DNA from: Psilocybe cubensis
Lineage: Eukaryota
Length of the DNA stretch: 64,000 bases
Assembly (NCBI GenBank): GCA_017499595.2
Contig: CM039008.1
Location: 2,294,001 to 2,358,000 of the forward strand
Reading direction: 5' to 3'
Below the pieces are notes generated by a model that made no database searches, was not told where the DNA came from, and worked only from the letters and a program-made list of their open reading frames with translations. Positions 47,966-60,900 of this stretch are shown piece by piece. Numbering within the stretch: the first letter of the stretch is position 1; each line of letters begins with the position of its first letter. The position numbers were made by a program, and so were the translations under genes.

Positions 47966-49479
47966 TCTCTTCAAGTTAGGCTCGGGCTCTCCTGACTCAG
48001 AAACCGCGCGCTTTCCTTTGCTTGAGTCCTATCTTTTCACGTTCACGGCACGCAAGTTGAAGTCCACACAATGAATCAAGAAACAAGGCGTCGAGAGGTG
48101 CGTTCGACGTATTATTTATGGTTGGCAGACGGTGCAGATACGATGTGTCACGACGCGGTGCCGCGGTACGGCGAGAGATGGCCAAAGTAAAGTGGAAATT
48201 TTGACACCATAAAAGAAAAGCGTAAATTATCCTGATTTTTTACCCACCGAGATACGAACTCCGAGCTCTGAGCTCCGAACTCTGCGAAAATAAATAAATG
48301 AATGAGCGAGCGAGCGAGTGATCCAGTAATAGCATGCCCACCCCTCCGTTCCACGTATTCGGTTCCACGAGCGTCGGTGCGCTGGATCCAGATTCCAGAT
48401 TCCAAAGGTCAACGTGAAGCGCTGTACTCAGATCCAGACTGCAGATCGCGGACAGCTAGAGGCATCCATCCGCGACTTACGACTCTCGGGTACCGCATGG
48501 TTTACACCCCAGATATTGGGGCAGAGGCGTGGCACCGTCGCATCGTTGCATCGTCACTGACCATACAGTCATTCGACGAGATACAGTCTGATGCTGTTAT
48601 GCATTTACACTGGGTCAGAATTTAGAAAGAGAAAGAGGAAGAAAAAAAGAAAGAGAACGTAAGAGGGAATGTGGCTGCGTGATATTCACATTTCATAAAC
48701 AATGACTTGGAGGCGACGTTGCGGCCTTGGGCTGTCGTTGCGATTGAGGTCGAGGTCGAGGTTACGTATTTGAGTATTGATTGAGTATTGAGTATTGAGT
48801 AATGATAGAGGTTCAGTAAATTTAGTAAAGGTTCAGTGGAGACCGTTGAGGAAAACAGGAAAACAGGAAAACATAAAAACAGGGAAACAGAGAATCAGAG
48901 AATCATATCATATCATACAATACTACACCTGCCCCTGCTCTGCGTTCTCCCGGCGTTGGCGCTTATTCTTTCTAGGCGCTTGCACTTGTGCTTGAATTTG
49001 TTGTCGCTGTTGGCCCGCTCAGCCCACTGGGCCCTGCGCTAATGGCATGTCGCTCGACACTCGAACCTTGGAATTTGAAATTTGGAAGTTCGTCTCAGCT
49101 CAACTCAACTCGAAAGTCGGTGGGAAGATTTCGCACAGCGGTAGTGGGCTGGGGCTGTGGCAGGGGCAGGGGTCAACAACACGGAGCCTTGCATCATGAG
49201 CAGAAGCAGACTGATGAATTGCGCAACGTTTGCAAGAACGCTATCGATCACAGAGCTCGAACGGGAACATCAAACATCGCTCGCCTCGAAGAAAATATCC
49301 GTCAGAGAACAAACAAAAGAGGAAATCTCTCATTATACGCAACGCCGGCGTAATCGAACGAGAATCGGTGCTTGAAGCGTGAAGCTTGAATACGTTGGAG
49401 AAGATATGATGCATGAGCTCGTTGAAGCGCGAACACCACCGCGTTTGTTAATGAGCAAACGGCTCTACAAGAGGTGTCT

Positions 49480-51180
49480 GGCCAGCGCATCCCATCTTAT
49501 CCCATCTTATCCCATCCCGTCTTTATCCCATCTTGGTCGCATCGCATCGCATCGACGTTATCCCACTCCATCGACATCCCATCCGACTCCATCATTATCC
49601 CATCCCATCGCATGGTTATCCCCTCACCATCTTTCCACAAACACCAAAACCAGACTCTAAACACCATTCCATAACCAGACACCAGACCCTAAACCCAAGA
49701 CACAAGACATACGGCACTAGATGCCAGACGCCAAACGCCAGAGAACAGATGTTCGCCACCTCAGGTCTATTTGCAGCTTGGACCCACCCCCTTTTCCAAT
49801 CTACATGTGTACCCGTCTTCTCCTCCCCTCCCTCTCCTCGTGTTCGTTTGGTGCCACCGTCGGCCGTCGGCCGTCCGACAACTCGGGGTGTAGGGACACG
49901 TAGAGGTACGGGTATAGCAGGAGCAGTAGGCGTAGCATCTTGAGCTGTGGCGCGGATCTGCCAATTGGACGTAGATGAAGAGGAAGACTAAGGAAAAAGG
50001 GAGAAGTTATGAGACGGGCATGTGTGCGCGCATCGAAGTGGAGGCGCGTGGTGGGTGTGGAAGAGTGGGTAGGCGCGTCTGCGTCTGTCTGTCGGTGGCG
50101 CCGAGCAGTGCTAGTGAACATGGATGAAAAGTTGAACGTTGAAACTTGAAACTTGAATTCAGAGTTTCCACGATTCGTGCGGAGGAGCTTGTCTGTTACC
50201 CACTTTGGAGGGATATGAATTAAATTCGGAAGCGTTCCAGGTTCTCTAGAATTTGAAATTTGGATATGGGGTGTGATGTGCGTAGGCAAGTGAGGGTGAG
50301 GGTGAAGGCGAGGGTTATACATTATATGATAGTGTATTCCCAACTTGGTTTGAACTTGTGAACTTGGTTGTGACTTTGACTTTGACGCAGCTCCAGAGTA
50401 GACAGACAGATGGCCACGGCCCAGAGACAGATATAGATGTCAATGGGTGGATCGCGCACGCAGACGCAGACGCAGAATATGAATATGAGGATAACAATGA
50501 CGGGTGCCAGGAACTTATGTGTATTCCGCGGTCCTGCTGTGCAGATCTCTTCTGTGGCTTCAGGCTTCGAAAAGGGCCAGCATGGACAATCGGCTGGATT
50601 CGGCAGAGGTATGAAGTATGCGTTTGTTCTGATATCGTCTGAATCGCTGGTGAACGGACTGCTACTTTAGCTATATTCGTGAATCGAGAAAACTGTGAAA
50701 ACACTCACTCAAGCACTCACTTACCCACTCGCTTTTAATTTGTGCGCGCGATATGCCCGTCCGTCTCGTCGGTCGTCCATCTATTTTCAAAATTCAGAGT
50801 GATTAGAGTCGAACGACGACCGCGCTGACAGTTATGCAGAGCATTGCAGATTCAATGGGCGTGTTGTGTCGTGTCTTGTGATATGTATATGCCAATAACA
50901 ATTATTTGCTGCGAGGTGCGAGGTGAGAGATCTTGTCATTTAACCATTTGCGATTGGGATTTGGACTAGAGCTGTAGCTTATAGAGGAAGAGCGACAACT
51001 CTGCGTCTATTTCAGAGTCGGTGTCTCCTGAGTACTGAGTCCTGGAAGAAATCCAAATCGAAATCGCACTCGTAATTCGCAAAGGGCATTCGGGAGGTTA
51101 CCACAAACTCGCTGATCAACAGGGACAAACATCCTTTTTTGGTACATGATTCATGGTTTAGGGCAGGCTCTCATTTGTCA
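49480..51180 (+). repeat. Segmental duplicate Y, copy 1
   Basis: Collinear with 53900-55880 (e.g. GAGCTGTGGCGCGGATCTGCCAATTG, TTGACTTTGACGCAGCTCCAGAG, GTGTCTCCTGAGTACTGA). Confidence 0.8.
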
Positions 51181-51531
51181 TTATGTGTCGACACTTCTCC
51201 TGAAAAAATTGAATTACAATTTACAAATACACACCTGCGTATTCCGTAGATGAATTACGGATCGAGGTGTTTTTAGTTGAGTCTTCATTCGTCTTCTGGC
51301 AGCCAATATTTTTCAATATCTGCGACATAATGGGCGTAGTGGGAAAAATCTCCAACGCGTGCGGCCAACTCTAATTTTAGCGGATGCCCAGTCCTGCCTC
51401 GTTGTGCAAAGCTCAGCACGCGATATTCAGCAGCAATAAAAACTCACGCTGCACGTTTTGCAGCTTCAAGCCTTCAACCCTGAACGTTCAACCCTCAGTC
51501 CAAGTCCCTTTTGTCCATCACTTTTCTCGCG

Positions 51532-52904
51532 ATGAAATTCTCCCTCAAAAGCTACTGGGGTTCCTTCGTTAACCATTTCCACCGCTTTTTCAAAATGTCG
51601 CCAGAGACTGGGTCAATGACTCGGAGAGGCACAGAGCTCATGTGCGACCTCCCGATGGATGTGAATGCATACCTGTATGATATTACCGATCTCTATAATT
51701 GGGCTCCCCCTAGAATCATGACGGAGTTACGTGTGGTCAAGGTATCGCTGATGAAGAATGTCAGGAGAAAGTCGAAGCATGAATCCCTCCTGGTCGAACT
51801 TAGGGACCCCGACGGAGGAACACATTATTTGTACTTTGAAAGACGAGGGCGCAATTATAATGACAAGTCCAGGCCGTCGGATCCAGCGCAACCAGAGCGT
51901 CACGCTGAGCAATTGTCTGCAAGCACGACGGGCTCCCCTCGAAATCCGAGTTCCGGCAAGAGTAACCAACGGGATACCGTGATGAGGGCTCCCAAAGACA
52001 GACGCCCGGGAGAGAAGTGCATGTGCCAGCTAGAATTCAAGAGTGAAGGCAGCGGGGACCTCCCACGCGCCCCTAACGAGGGACTGTTTGTGTACAATAT
52101 TGCAGTGCTTGCAGACACCCTGAGCAAGCAGGGGCCGCATTATGACGTCTTCAATAGCAATGGCAACTGTTACAGTTTTGGCGGTCTACTCTACGACATG
52201 CTCAAAAAACTGTACCACCCAAGCGAAACCATCGTGAGGAAGCGCAGATTTTCTCTGTACAGTCACGATCCGGAAGATAAAATTGCATCCCTAGTTCGTC
52301 ATTATGAAACGGCTCTTGAGGAATATCAAGCTAAGGTGTGTGTCACAAATTTCATAATTTATTGATTATTGGAACTCCATATTGACTATTGTTCAAGATT
52401 GCACGGCGCCACATGGAAAGAAACAAGGAGGTCGAGGAAAGGGTGCGATTGGCCAACGAGAGAACGCGAGAGGCACAGGAGAGAACGCGAGAGGCACAGG
52501 AGAGAACGCGAGAGGCACAGGAGAGAACGCGAGAGGCACAGGAGGGAGCGCGAGAGGCACGGGAGAGAGCGCGAGAGGCACAGGAGAGAGCGCGAAAGGA
52601 AAAGGAGAGATCGCGAGAGATTGAGGAGATGATTCAGAAGGAAAAGGAGAGAACACGAGAGATTGAGGAGATCATTCAGAAGGAAAAGGAGAGATCGCGA
52701 GAGTTTGATGAGATGATTCAAAAGGAAAAGGAGAGAACGCGAGTGGACAACGAGGGAGCGCGAGATATCGTGGAGATGATTCAAATGGAGCGAAAGCGAC
52801 TCGAGCAGCTAGAAGAGGAGCTGAAGAACATGTTACAACTTGAAGGATATCCCGTAAGTCATTCCATGTCCTCTTATCCCACCTTTCCTCGTTCACCAGT
52901 CTAA
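51532..52904 (+). CDS. Permuted-papain-like family copy C (short linker; ERTREAQ and EMIQKEKER repeats)
   Basis: MKFSLKSYW...KHESLLVEL...YDVFNSNGNCYSFG, with an intron at ~52336-52397 in the conserved position. Upstream 51350-51531 matches 11110-11280. Confidence 0.75.
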
Positions 52905-53899
52905 ATTCTCAATGCTCAACATCCCAGGAATCCCACTTCAATTGAATAGGCAACCTTAGTTGCTAGCTCTCCTCCAGTACTCTACTCGCGTCCGATTTTT
53001 GTGAGCCCGATGGTCGAGTGTTTGCTGGCCACCACTTGTATCATACAGTCCTCAGCGTGCGGGTCCTATCAAATCTTCAACATTTAAGCAAATGCCTTCA
53101 ACATAAGATGGATATGGATCTTCTTATTATTTATGGCTGACTCGGATTCTGATTCACGGTACACTGGCATTGAACTTGTAATATAATTATAGCACCATTG
53201 TTCGACTTCCAGCTTGAAGGTCATACACGTCGTTGGCTCAATTTTTGTCTGATTGTAACATGTCCTCGACCTCCATGCTTTTCTCATTGTATATACATCT
53301 ATTACATATATGACACTGACTGGTCGGTCATCGAGCTTTTATGTCCTATACACACATGCTTGTATCTGCATTTTTTTTATTGTGGATTCACAGTCCCAGT
53401 GTCAAAGATTCAGTCTGAATTGACAATTTTACAGGCCGCAGATAATGTGCACCTGGAAATCCACATGAAGGCATCAGCAAAGCACGCAACACGCAGCACA
53501 TGTATACACATTCTCTTACTTTTACAAGTCACCTATCATTTGCCCGTGTCTCGTTGCCTGCCAACTTGAAATTTCGACAGTTTACTATTCCAATGAATCG
53601 TGAAACAAGGCGTCGGCTGAGCACCGAGCTCCAGCAGCCTTGCAAGGTGCAAGGTGCATCCAGTAATAGCATGCCACCCCTCCGTTCCACGAGTTCGGTT
53701 CCACGAGCATCGTGCGCTGGATTCATATCCAGACGGTGGAGCGCTAGAGGCATCAGCGACTCACGATTCTCGGTGGGTCACCCCCAAATCCGGGCAGAGG
53801 CATGGCATACAATCACTCAGGATTCAGGCTCGACGAGAAATAATTATGTACCACGGCGGGCGAGAAAGGGAAAGAGAAAGAGTTGGACAGGATACACAA

Positions 53900-55880
53900 T
53901 TCAACATTTGTTGCATCCCATACCATCGTTATCCCATCCCATCGTCGTCAATTCACCATCTTTCCACAGATACCAGACTCTACAAACACCATCCCATCAC
54001 CAGACATCAGTTCCGCTACCAGACCCTGAGCCCAACACACAAGACACAAGACACAAGACACAAGACACAAGACACAAGACACAAGATGCAGATGACAGAT
54101 GACAGATGTTCGCCACCGCAGGTCTATTCGCATCCCATCTCCAATGCATACCCGCTTGCCCTTCCCTCTCCTCGTGTGCGTTCGGTGCCACCGTCTACCG
54201 TCCGCCGTCCGCTGTCTCTGACAACTTTGGGTGCAGGTGCAGGTACAGGTACAAGTGTAGCAGTAGCATCCCGAGCTGTGGCGCGGATCTGCCAATTGAA
54301 CGTAGATGCAGAAGAAGACTAAGGAAGAGAAAAAGGGTAAGGGAGAGGGAGAGGTTATGAGACGGGCGTGTGTACGCGTGTGGAAGTGGAAGTGGAGGCG
54401 CGTGGGCGTGGGTGTGGGTGTGGGTGTGGGTGTAGAGGTAGGCGCGGCTAGAGAGCATGATTGAAAAGTTGACGTCGATCCTGCTAGATGTAATGTGGGT
54501 AGACGACGTCGATGAATACTTGAGTACTGAGTATAGGAGCAGTTAAGTCGTTTTGTCGATTTTTTGACTCGATTTGTTCATTTGTTGGTTGTTGATGGGA
54601 AAGCCACAAATAAATAAAAAAACAAGTTTTCGGAGAGTTGGATTGATTCCAATTTCATTTTCAATTCTAAATCCAATCCCGATTTCGAACCGTATGCCTG
54701 TAACTATACCTATACCTATGCCCATGTCTATGCCAATGTCTTGCGATGGCAGCGGCGGCGGCGCGCCGTGGAGTATCCCAAGCCTCTATCCAAATAGCTA
54801 TATCCATGTCCAATCCAATCAAGCGTCGGGCAGTCGTAAGTATCCCAGGCTGACGGTCTAGGAAGGAGATCATACATAGCGATATGTCACAGACGAGTTT
54901 CCACGATCCGTGCGGAGGCGTTTGTCTGCTACCCACTTGGGAGGGATTCGGATATGAATTAAATGCGGAAGCGTTCAAGGTTCTTTGAATTTTGGATTTT
55001 GGATTTTGGATTTTGGATATGGGGTGTGATGTGCGTGTGCGTGTGAGGGTTATACGTTATATGACAGTGTATTCCCAACTTGATTCTGATTTTGACTTTG
55101 ACGCAGCTCCAGAGCAGACAGCTCGGACAAACCGACAGGCAGCCACAGAGACAGATATGGATGTCAATGGGTGTATCGCGCACGCTGACGCTGACGATGA
55201 ATATGAAGATGAAGGTGACAATGGCAACGACGGGTGCCAGGAAATTCTGTGTATTCCGCGGTCCTGCTCTGCAGATCTCTTCGGTGGCTTCACAATTAGG
55301 CCTTAGAATGCACTTGTTCTAAGAGTAATATCTTTCCGATGAATTGGTGATGAAATCGTTAGACGACTTTAGCCGACACTTACTTGCTTTGCTTTGCGCG
55401 CCCGAGATGCCCGAGATGCCGGTATGTGTGTCTTCGTCCATCACTTTTCAAAGATTTAAACTTCAATATTCAGAGTTGGTTCAGAGTTCAGAGTTCAGAG
55501 TGACGCACCGTCTTGAGTTGGTTGGAGAATTCTGAAGAGCATCTGCACTATGCCACAACATGACAGGTGCAAGGTTAGGTCACTGGTCAAGGTCAGGTCA
55601 TTTAACCATTTACGATTCAGAATCAGAGAGGGTGCGAGGAATGAGAGGGGTACCCGTGCGAGGAACGCGTGATAGATTAGAGCAATCAGCGTAGCTTATA
55701 GAGGGAGAATGTCATCGGTGTCGGTGTCGATGTCAGTGTCGTTGTCGGTGTCAGTGTAAGTGTCTCCTGAGTACTGAAAGGAATAACTCGCAATGGGAGG
55801 TGGATTACCACAAACGCGCTGGTCAACAGGGACAAATAACCCTTTTTGGTCATAGTTGATCACATGATTCATGATTTCAT
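53900..55880 (+). repeat. Segmental duplicate Y, copy 2 (microsatellite-rich, includes (CAAGACA)n at ~54040-54083)
   Basis: Collinear with 49480-51180. Confidence 0.8.
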
Positions 55881-57944
55881 GATTCATGGTTTAGGGCAGG
55901 TTCTTCTTCCCGTTCTGAAGCGGATTCTCTCAATCTCTCTCTTCTTTCAACTTTGCTTTCGTTCGACTTGAAGCTTGAAGGCTGCTCTGCCTTTTGTTCC
56001 TTGCTGGATTCTTGCGTTGAGGTGCTAGCGCGAAAGAATCGGATGTCGTGTGTTGTGTTGTGTTGTCCATCGTGCATCGTGCATCGGCTTCTGGTTCTGG
56101 TGTCTGTCTGTCTACTGTCTGCTTTGATAGGCTTGTCTGACAAAATCGGGTCCTGTGCACCTCTTTCCTCCTGGGAGGGAAAAGTAAAGCCAAAGGAAAG
56201 GGAAAAGGAAAGGCAAATTGACTGTGATACGTATCCTGGATCCTGATTTTTGCTCTGCACCTACCGGATCCGGTCCAGTTGGCTTTGTGATTCTATTCTA
56301 TTCTGTTCTGTGCTGTTTTCGCAATGCACCTACCAATACCAATACCATTCGACAAGTGATGTGTGTTGAGCGCGAGCTTTGACTTTTGACTTGACTTGAC
56401 TTGTCCGACACCGATGCAGACGCAGACGCGGCGATTCGTTTCCCTTTCCTTTCCTTTTGATTCGCATTCGATTTGGTGATCGTGATCGTGATTCTGATTG
56501 TGATGGTGCTTTGACTTGACTTGACTTGACGAGCACTGAACTAAAAAGATCTGCGAGCCGCTTATCTGATATCGCGCTAATGCTGATGCTAATACTGATG
56601 CTGATGTGGACGTGGACACTATATTGACGCTGATGTACCAAATTTACCAGCGTCGGCGTCTTGTGTTGTGACTCGTTTGAGATGTGGTGTTCTATTCTGC
56701 TCCGTGCTTTTCTTTGCTTTCGCTTTCGCTTTCGATTTTGCTTTATCGTTCTGTTTTCTCACAGAGAAAGAGAAAGAGACGTGTGTATGTAACATACCAT
56801 ACCATAACACCACTGGTGCAACCTGCTCCCAGGACACACCCTACCCTACAGCGGCGCAGCACACGTCAGATATAGCCCGCTGACTGCTTCCCGCTTTCTC
56901 CTGATGCCGACTCCTAACGCTGACTGCACCCTTTCTTCGTGCCTTTGCCTTTTTATTGCCTTTTCGTGTTTCGTGTGACACCTCTCTATCAGCTGTGCTA
57001 GCTATCTATCAGCTATGGTATGCTAGACTAGACTTGATATCCATATCTATATCCAGCCATGGCATTTGGCAGTCCATTTGGATTTGGATTTGGCAGTCCA
57101 TTTGGCGTTGGCTGTCGGCTGTCGGCTGGCGGTGGCGAGACGACACGCCCACACCCACGTCCACGCCCATGCCACTTTTTTTGCGTTTGTGTTCTTTTTA
57201 GTCTGTTTGGGTGGTGCCTTTGGGTTATGGCTTTGTGTATGCTTGATTGTCACGGCTGGTAATCTTGTTGAGTGGCGAGTGGCAATTGGCAATTGGCAAG
57301 GGGGGAAGGGGAGGCGAGATGCCACGCGAGATAAGATATTGCGCGACTTTTTCGGTTTTCGTTTTTCGGATTGCGTGTGTGAGCGCGTCTCTGTGTATGG
57401 ATGACTGGCTGGCTGGATCGGTAGCTCGGGCGCGCACCCGGCGTACGGGCCCTGTTCCCGCTCATTCTTTCTTCCTCTGTTTCTGTATTTCGTCTGTTCC
57501 TTCCTTTCCTCCTATTTCTCGCTGCTCCTTCCCGTTTTCCTCCTTCCTGTTCTCCTCTTTTCCGTTCCCATTCTCCTCCATCTCGTGCCCCTATCTCTAT
57601 CCCCAGTCCTCTTTCCTGGATCGTGGGCGCTGTCTCTGGACCGACCTCTACCGTGGCGAGAATTCCATTTTCACGTCATTTCTGCTCTTCGCTTTGTGCT
57701 CGCTTTTCTCGTACTTTGAGTGTTGAGTCCGGTGGAGTCTAGATCAGATTTGAACGGCACATCACGCTCGACAAACAGCGCATATACACGCATATACACG
57801 CTCGCTGGATTGGACTCTGGACTCTAGACTTTGGATTGTGGACTCCGGACTTTGGACTCTGAGAAAACCGGGTAATCAAGGGAATCAACAACGAAGTCAT
57901 CCAAACATCCGTCGTAGACATCTGTGCCTCAGCGTAGAAAGGGC

Positions 57945-60900
57945 ATGACGATCGCAGCGCTGAAAAGTCTGCACGCTATCATAGGCGACGCGATTGCGGA
58001 TATCGAGCGGGTGTATGCTGCGCATCGCGGTGGGGATGCTGCGTCTGGGGTTATGTCTGGGTCGGGGTTTAGCTCGCCTTGCTCGAGGACACCGGAGCCG
58101 CAGCTTGATTGGGAAGAGAGGATGGATGGAGGATGTTTGAAGTCGAAGTCGGATTTGAAGGAGCACGAGCTCGAGAACGAGAATGAGGATCAGGATCGAG
58201 ATGACGGCGATGCGGATGGTGTAGATGTGGATATGGATATGGACGCGAATCTGGGGCTGGGGCGGGACGACGGCGCGCGGACGCGGGGTATCGATGATGC
58301 TTCGTCAACTTTTACAGCCACAACCATAATTCCAACTACAACTACAACTACGCCTACGCCTACAATTCCGCCGCCGGGTACGCCAGGACGAACGCACTCC
58401 CACCCGCGTATGCGCGTCTTGGTTCCATCGCCATCGCCATCGTCCGTGGCGATTCCAGCTCCAGGGTCAGGCTCAGCGTCTGTTCCAGTGCATGCGCATA
58501 CACATACGCAGGAGCACTCGCATAGATACGTCGCGCATAGACACTCAAACTCAAATTCGCAGGCGTATGTTTCGCCACCGCCGTCGCCTTCTACGTATAC
58601 ATATACACACACGTCTGCGGATGCGGATGCGACTACTTCTTCAGGAGTGGGAGGAGGAGTGGAGACGCCCGCTAAGAACGCTAAGAACAAGAAGGAGGGC
58701 GATGGAAATGAGAATGGGAATGGTGATGCGATATTGGAGAATCCAAGGGTTGTTACGACGGAGTGTACACCACCTGGAACAGGAACATTACACGCTTTAT
58801 CGACGTCCCCGTCAAGGCGCGCGGTACCGCCGTTCTCTCCAGTATCAGCACCTCTTACATGCGAAGCCATCAGCAAGTCTTTACCGCAACCCGTAACCGC
58901 ACCCGCACCACTACCGCATTCAAACCCACCATCACATTCAAATCCACCACCACCACATTCAAACCCCAACCCCAACCTCAACCCACCACCACCACCAAAC
59001 CCACATACACCCGACTTCCCCTCCCTAGACAACCCCTACAACCCAACATCGCTAAGCGAGGCGCTGACAGCGCACCCGGCGGTGCAAGCTGCGATATGCC
59101 GCATTGTCGCTGCGGCGGGTCAGCTCGCTGCGAGTGTGCAGGTTCCGTTTTTGACGCTTTGTGATGCTAGTATGGGGGTGCGTGTTGCTTTTTTTCTGGA
59201 CTTTTGAGTCTTGTTTTATGCACGAGTCTTGATTTTACTTTTCACTCTTTATTCTTGATTTTTTATTTTTTCGTCTTGGAGGCTAAAATCTGATCTGAAA
59301 TGGGCGTTGATAGTATCACTTACCGTCGTGTATGCGGTTGATGGAGGCGTCGCATGTTGTTGAGATTTTGCGTGAGGCTGGGGAGGGCGGGATGCATGTG
59401 GATGATATTTCGAAGCGGAATGGTGTGCAGGCTTCTAAGCTCGGTATGTCCGCCATCCCTTCCCTCCCTTCCTTTCCTTTCTTTTTTTCCCCTTTTCTTT
59501 CCATTACCCTCCTCTAATTTTCATTTTCATTTTCATTTGCAGCGCATGTCCTGCGACTACTCGCGACGCATCATATACTACGTGAAATATCCCCGGATGT
59601 GTTTGCGCTGAATCGGATTTCGTCGATGGTTGATTCGGGGAAGAGTGTTGAAGAGTTGAGGAGGTTTCAGGAGAATGGGGTGTATGTATCTTTTTTCATT
59701 TTTTTTATTTCATTTGAATGTCTTTGTTCCCGTTTTTTTTTTTTCTTCTTTTTTTCGTACGCCTATTTTCCATTTTGCAAGGTTACTGATTTCGACACGC
59801 ACACGCGTTTGATTTTGATTTTGATTTGAATAGGCCAGAGATGAAATATCGGGATACGAATGGCGTCGCTGCGTTCGTGGGTCTTTGGTACATCTTTTCT
59901 ATCTATCCCGCCTATATCTATCTACACCAAGCTAATCCACCCACTCACTGCTTACAGCACCGACGAGATCCAAAAAGCGTCCGCGTACCTCACAGAAACG
60001 TATTACCTTTCTTCGTCGGCGCAGACGCGCGCGGGGACCGAGCCGGGTAAAGCGCCGTTTTGCTTTGCGTTTGGGATGGAGAAGAGGGGTGTGGGTTTTT
60101 TCGGGTGGTTGGAAGGCCAGGGTGGGGGTGCAGGTCTGGAAGAGGGGGATGGAAATGATGGGTATGTGTGTTTTATTTCGGGTGTATGGTGGTGATAATG
60201 TTGACTTTTTTGTGGGATTTGTTTTGGGTTTAGGGATGGTGGTCATGATGAAGATGACGCTGTCGAAACTGGGAGAGGGGGTGTATTCCCGCCTGTCCTT
60301 CTCCCTTCCACAAATACAAGCTCACCCTCAGCAGCAGCAGCAACAGCAGCGCCGACGGCCTCGGATAACAATCGCACTACACTCGCCCCAGAGCCGGAGA
60401 GACCGCGCAAAAAGGATGTAATGGCATTTCGACATACGAATATGCCGACTGTGACAAAGGCAGAGTCGACTTCGACATTGAAGAATGCGAATGCGAAGAT
60501 TGGAAAGTCGCAGCTTACGTCTAGGGGGTATAAGGTTGCCTCTGTGAAACTGGTGGATGATCAGAAGAGTGTGCAGATGAGTGCGAGTGCGGCGAGGAGT
60601 GGTAGTAGTACGGATTCAGAGTCGGCGTCGGTCTTACCTTCTACTGGGAAGCGCAGCTATGAAAAGGTAGATGGGGCTCATGGGGATCTGAATGATAATC
60701 CGAATAGATTCAGACTCGAACGGTTTGGGAAAGCGATGTCGGGCACGGATGGATGGGAGGCGCCTGGTGCTGCTCTGAATGGTGCGTGTGTTTTAAATCT
60801 ATGCTTTATTTGTTTTATTGTTTTGGAGGGTTGAGACTGATTGTATGCGCGTTTTTTTTTGTTTTTCTCTTTTCTTTTTCTTCACGTATGATATTAGGAT

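Noticed and set aside
48000-51300. Many short overlapping ORFs (also at 53000-57900)
   Set aside because: This is microsatellite-rich duplicated intergenic DNA with no motifs or consistent splice structure.
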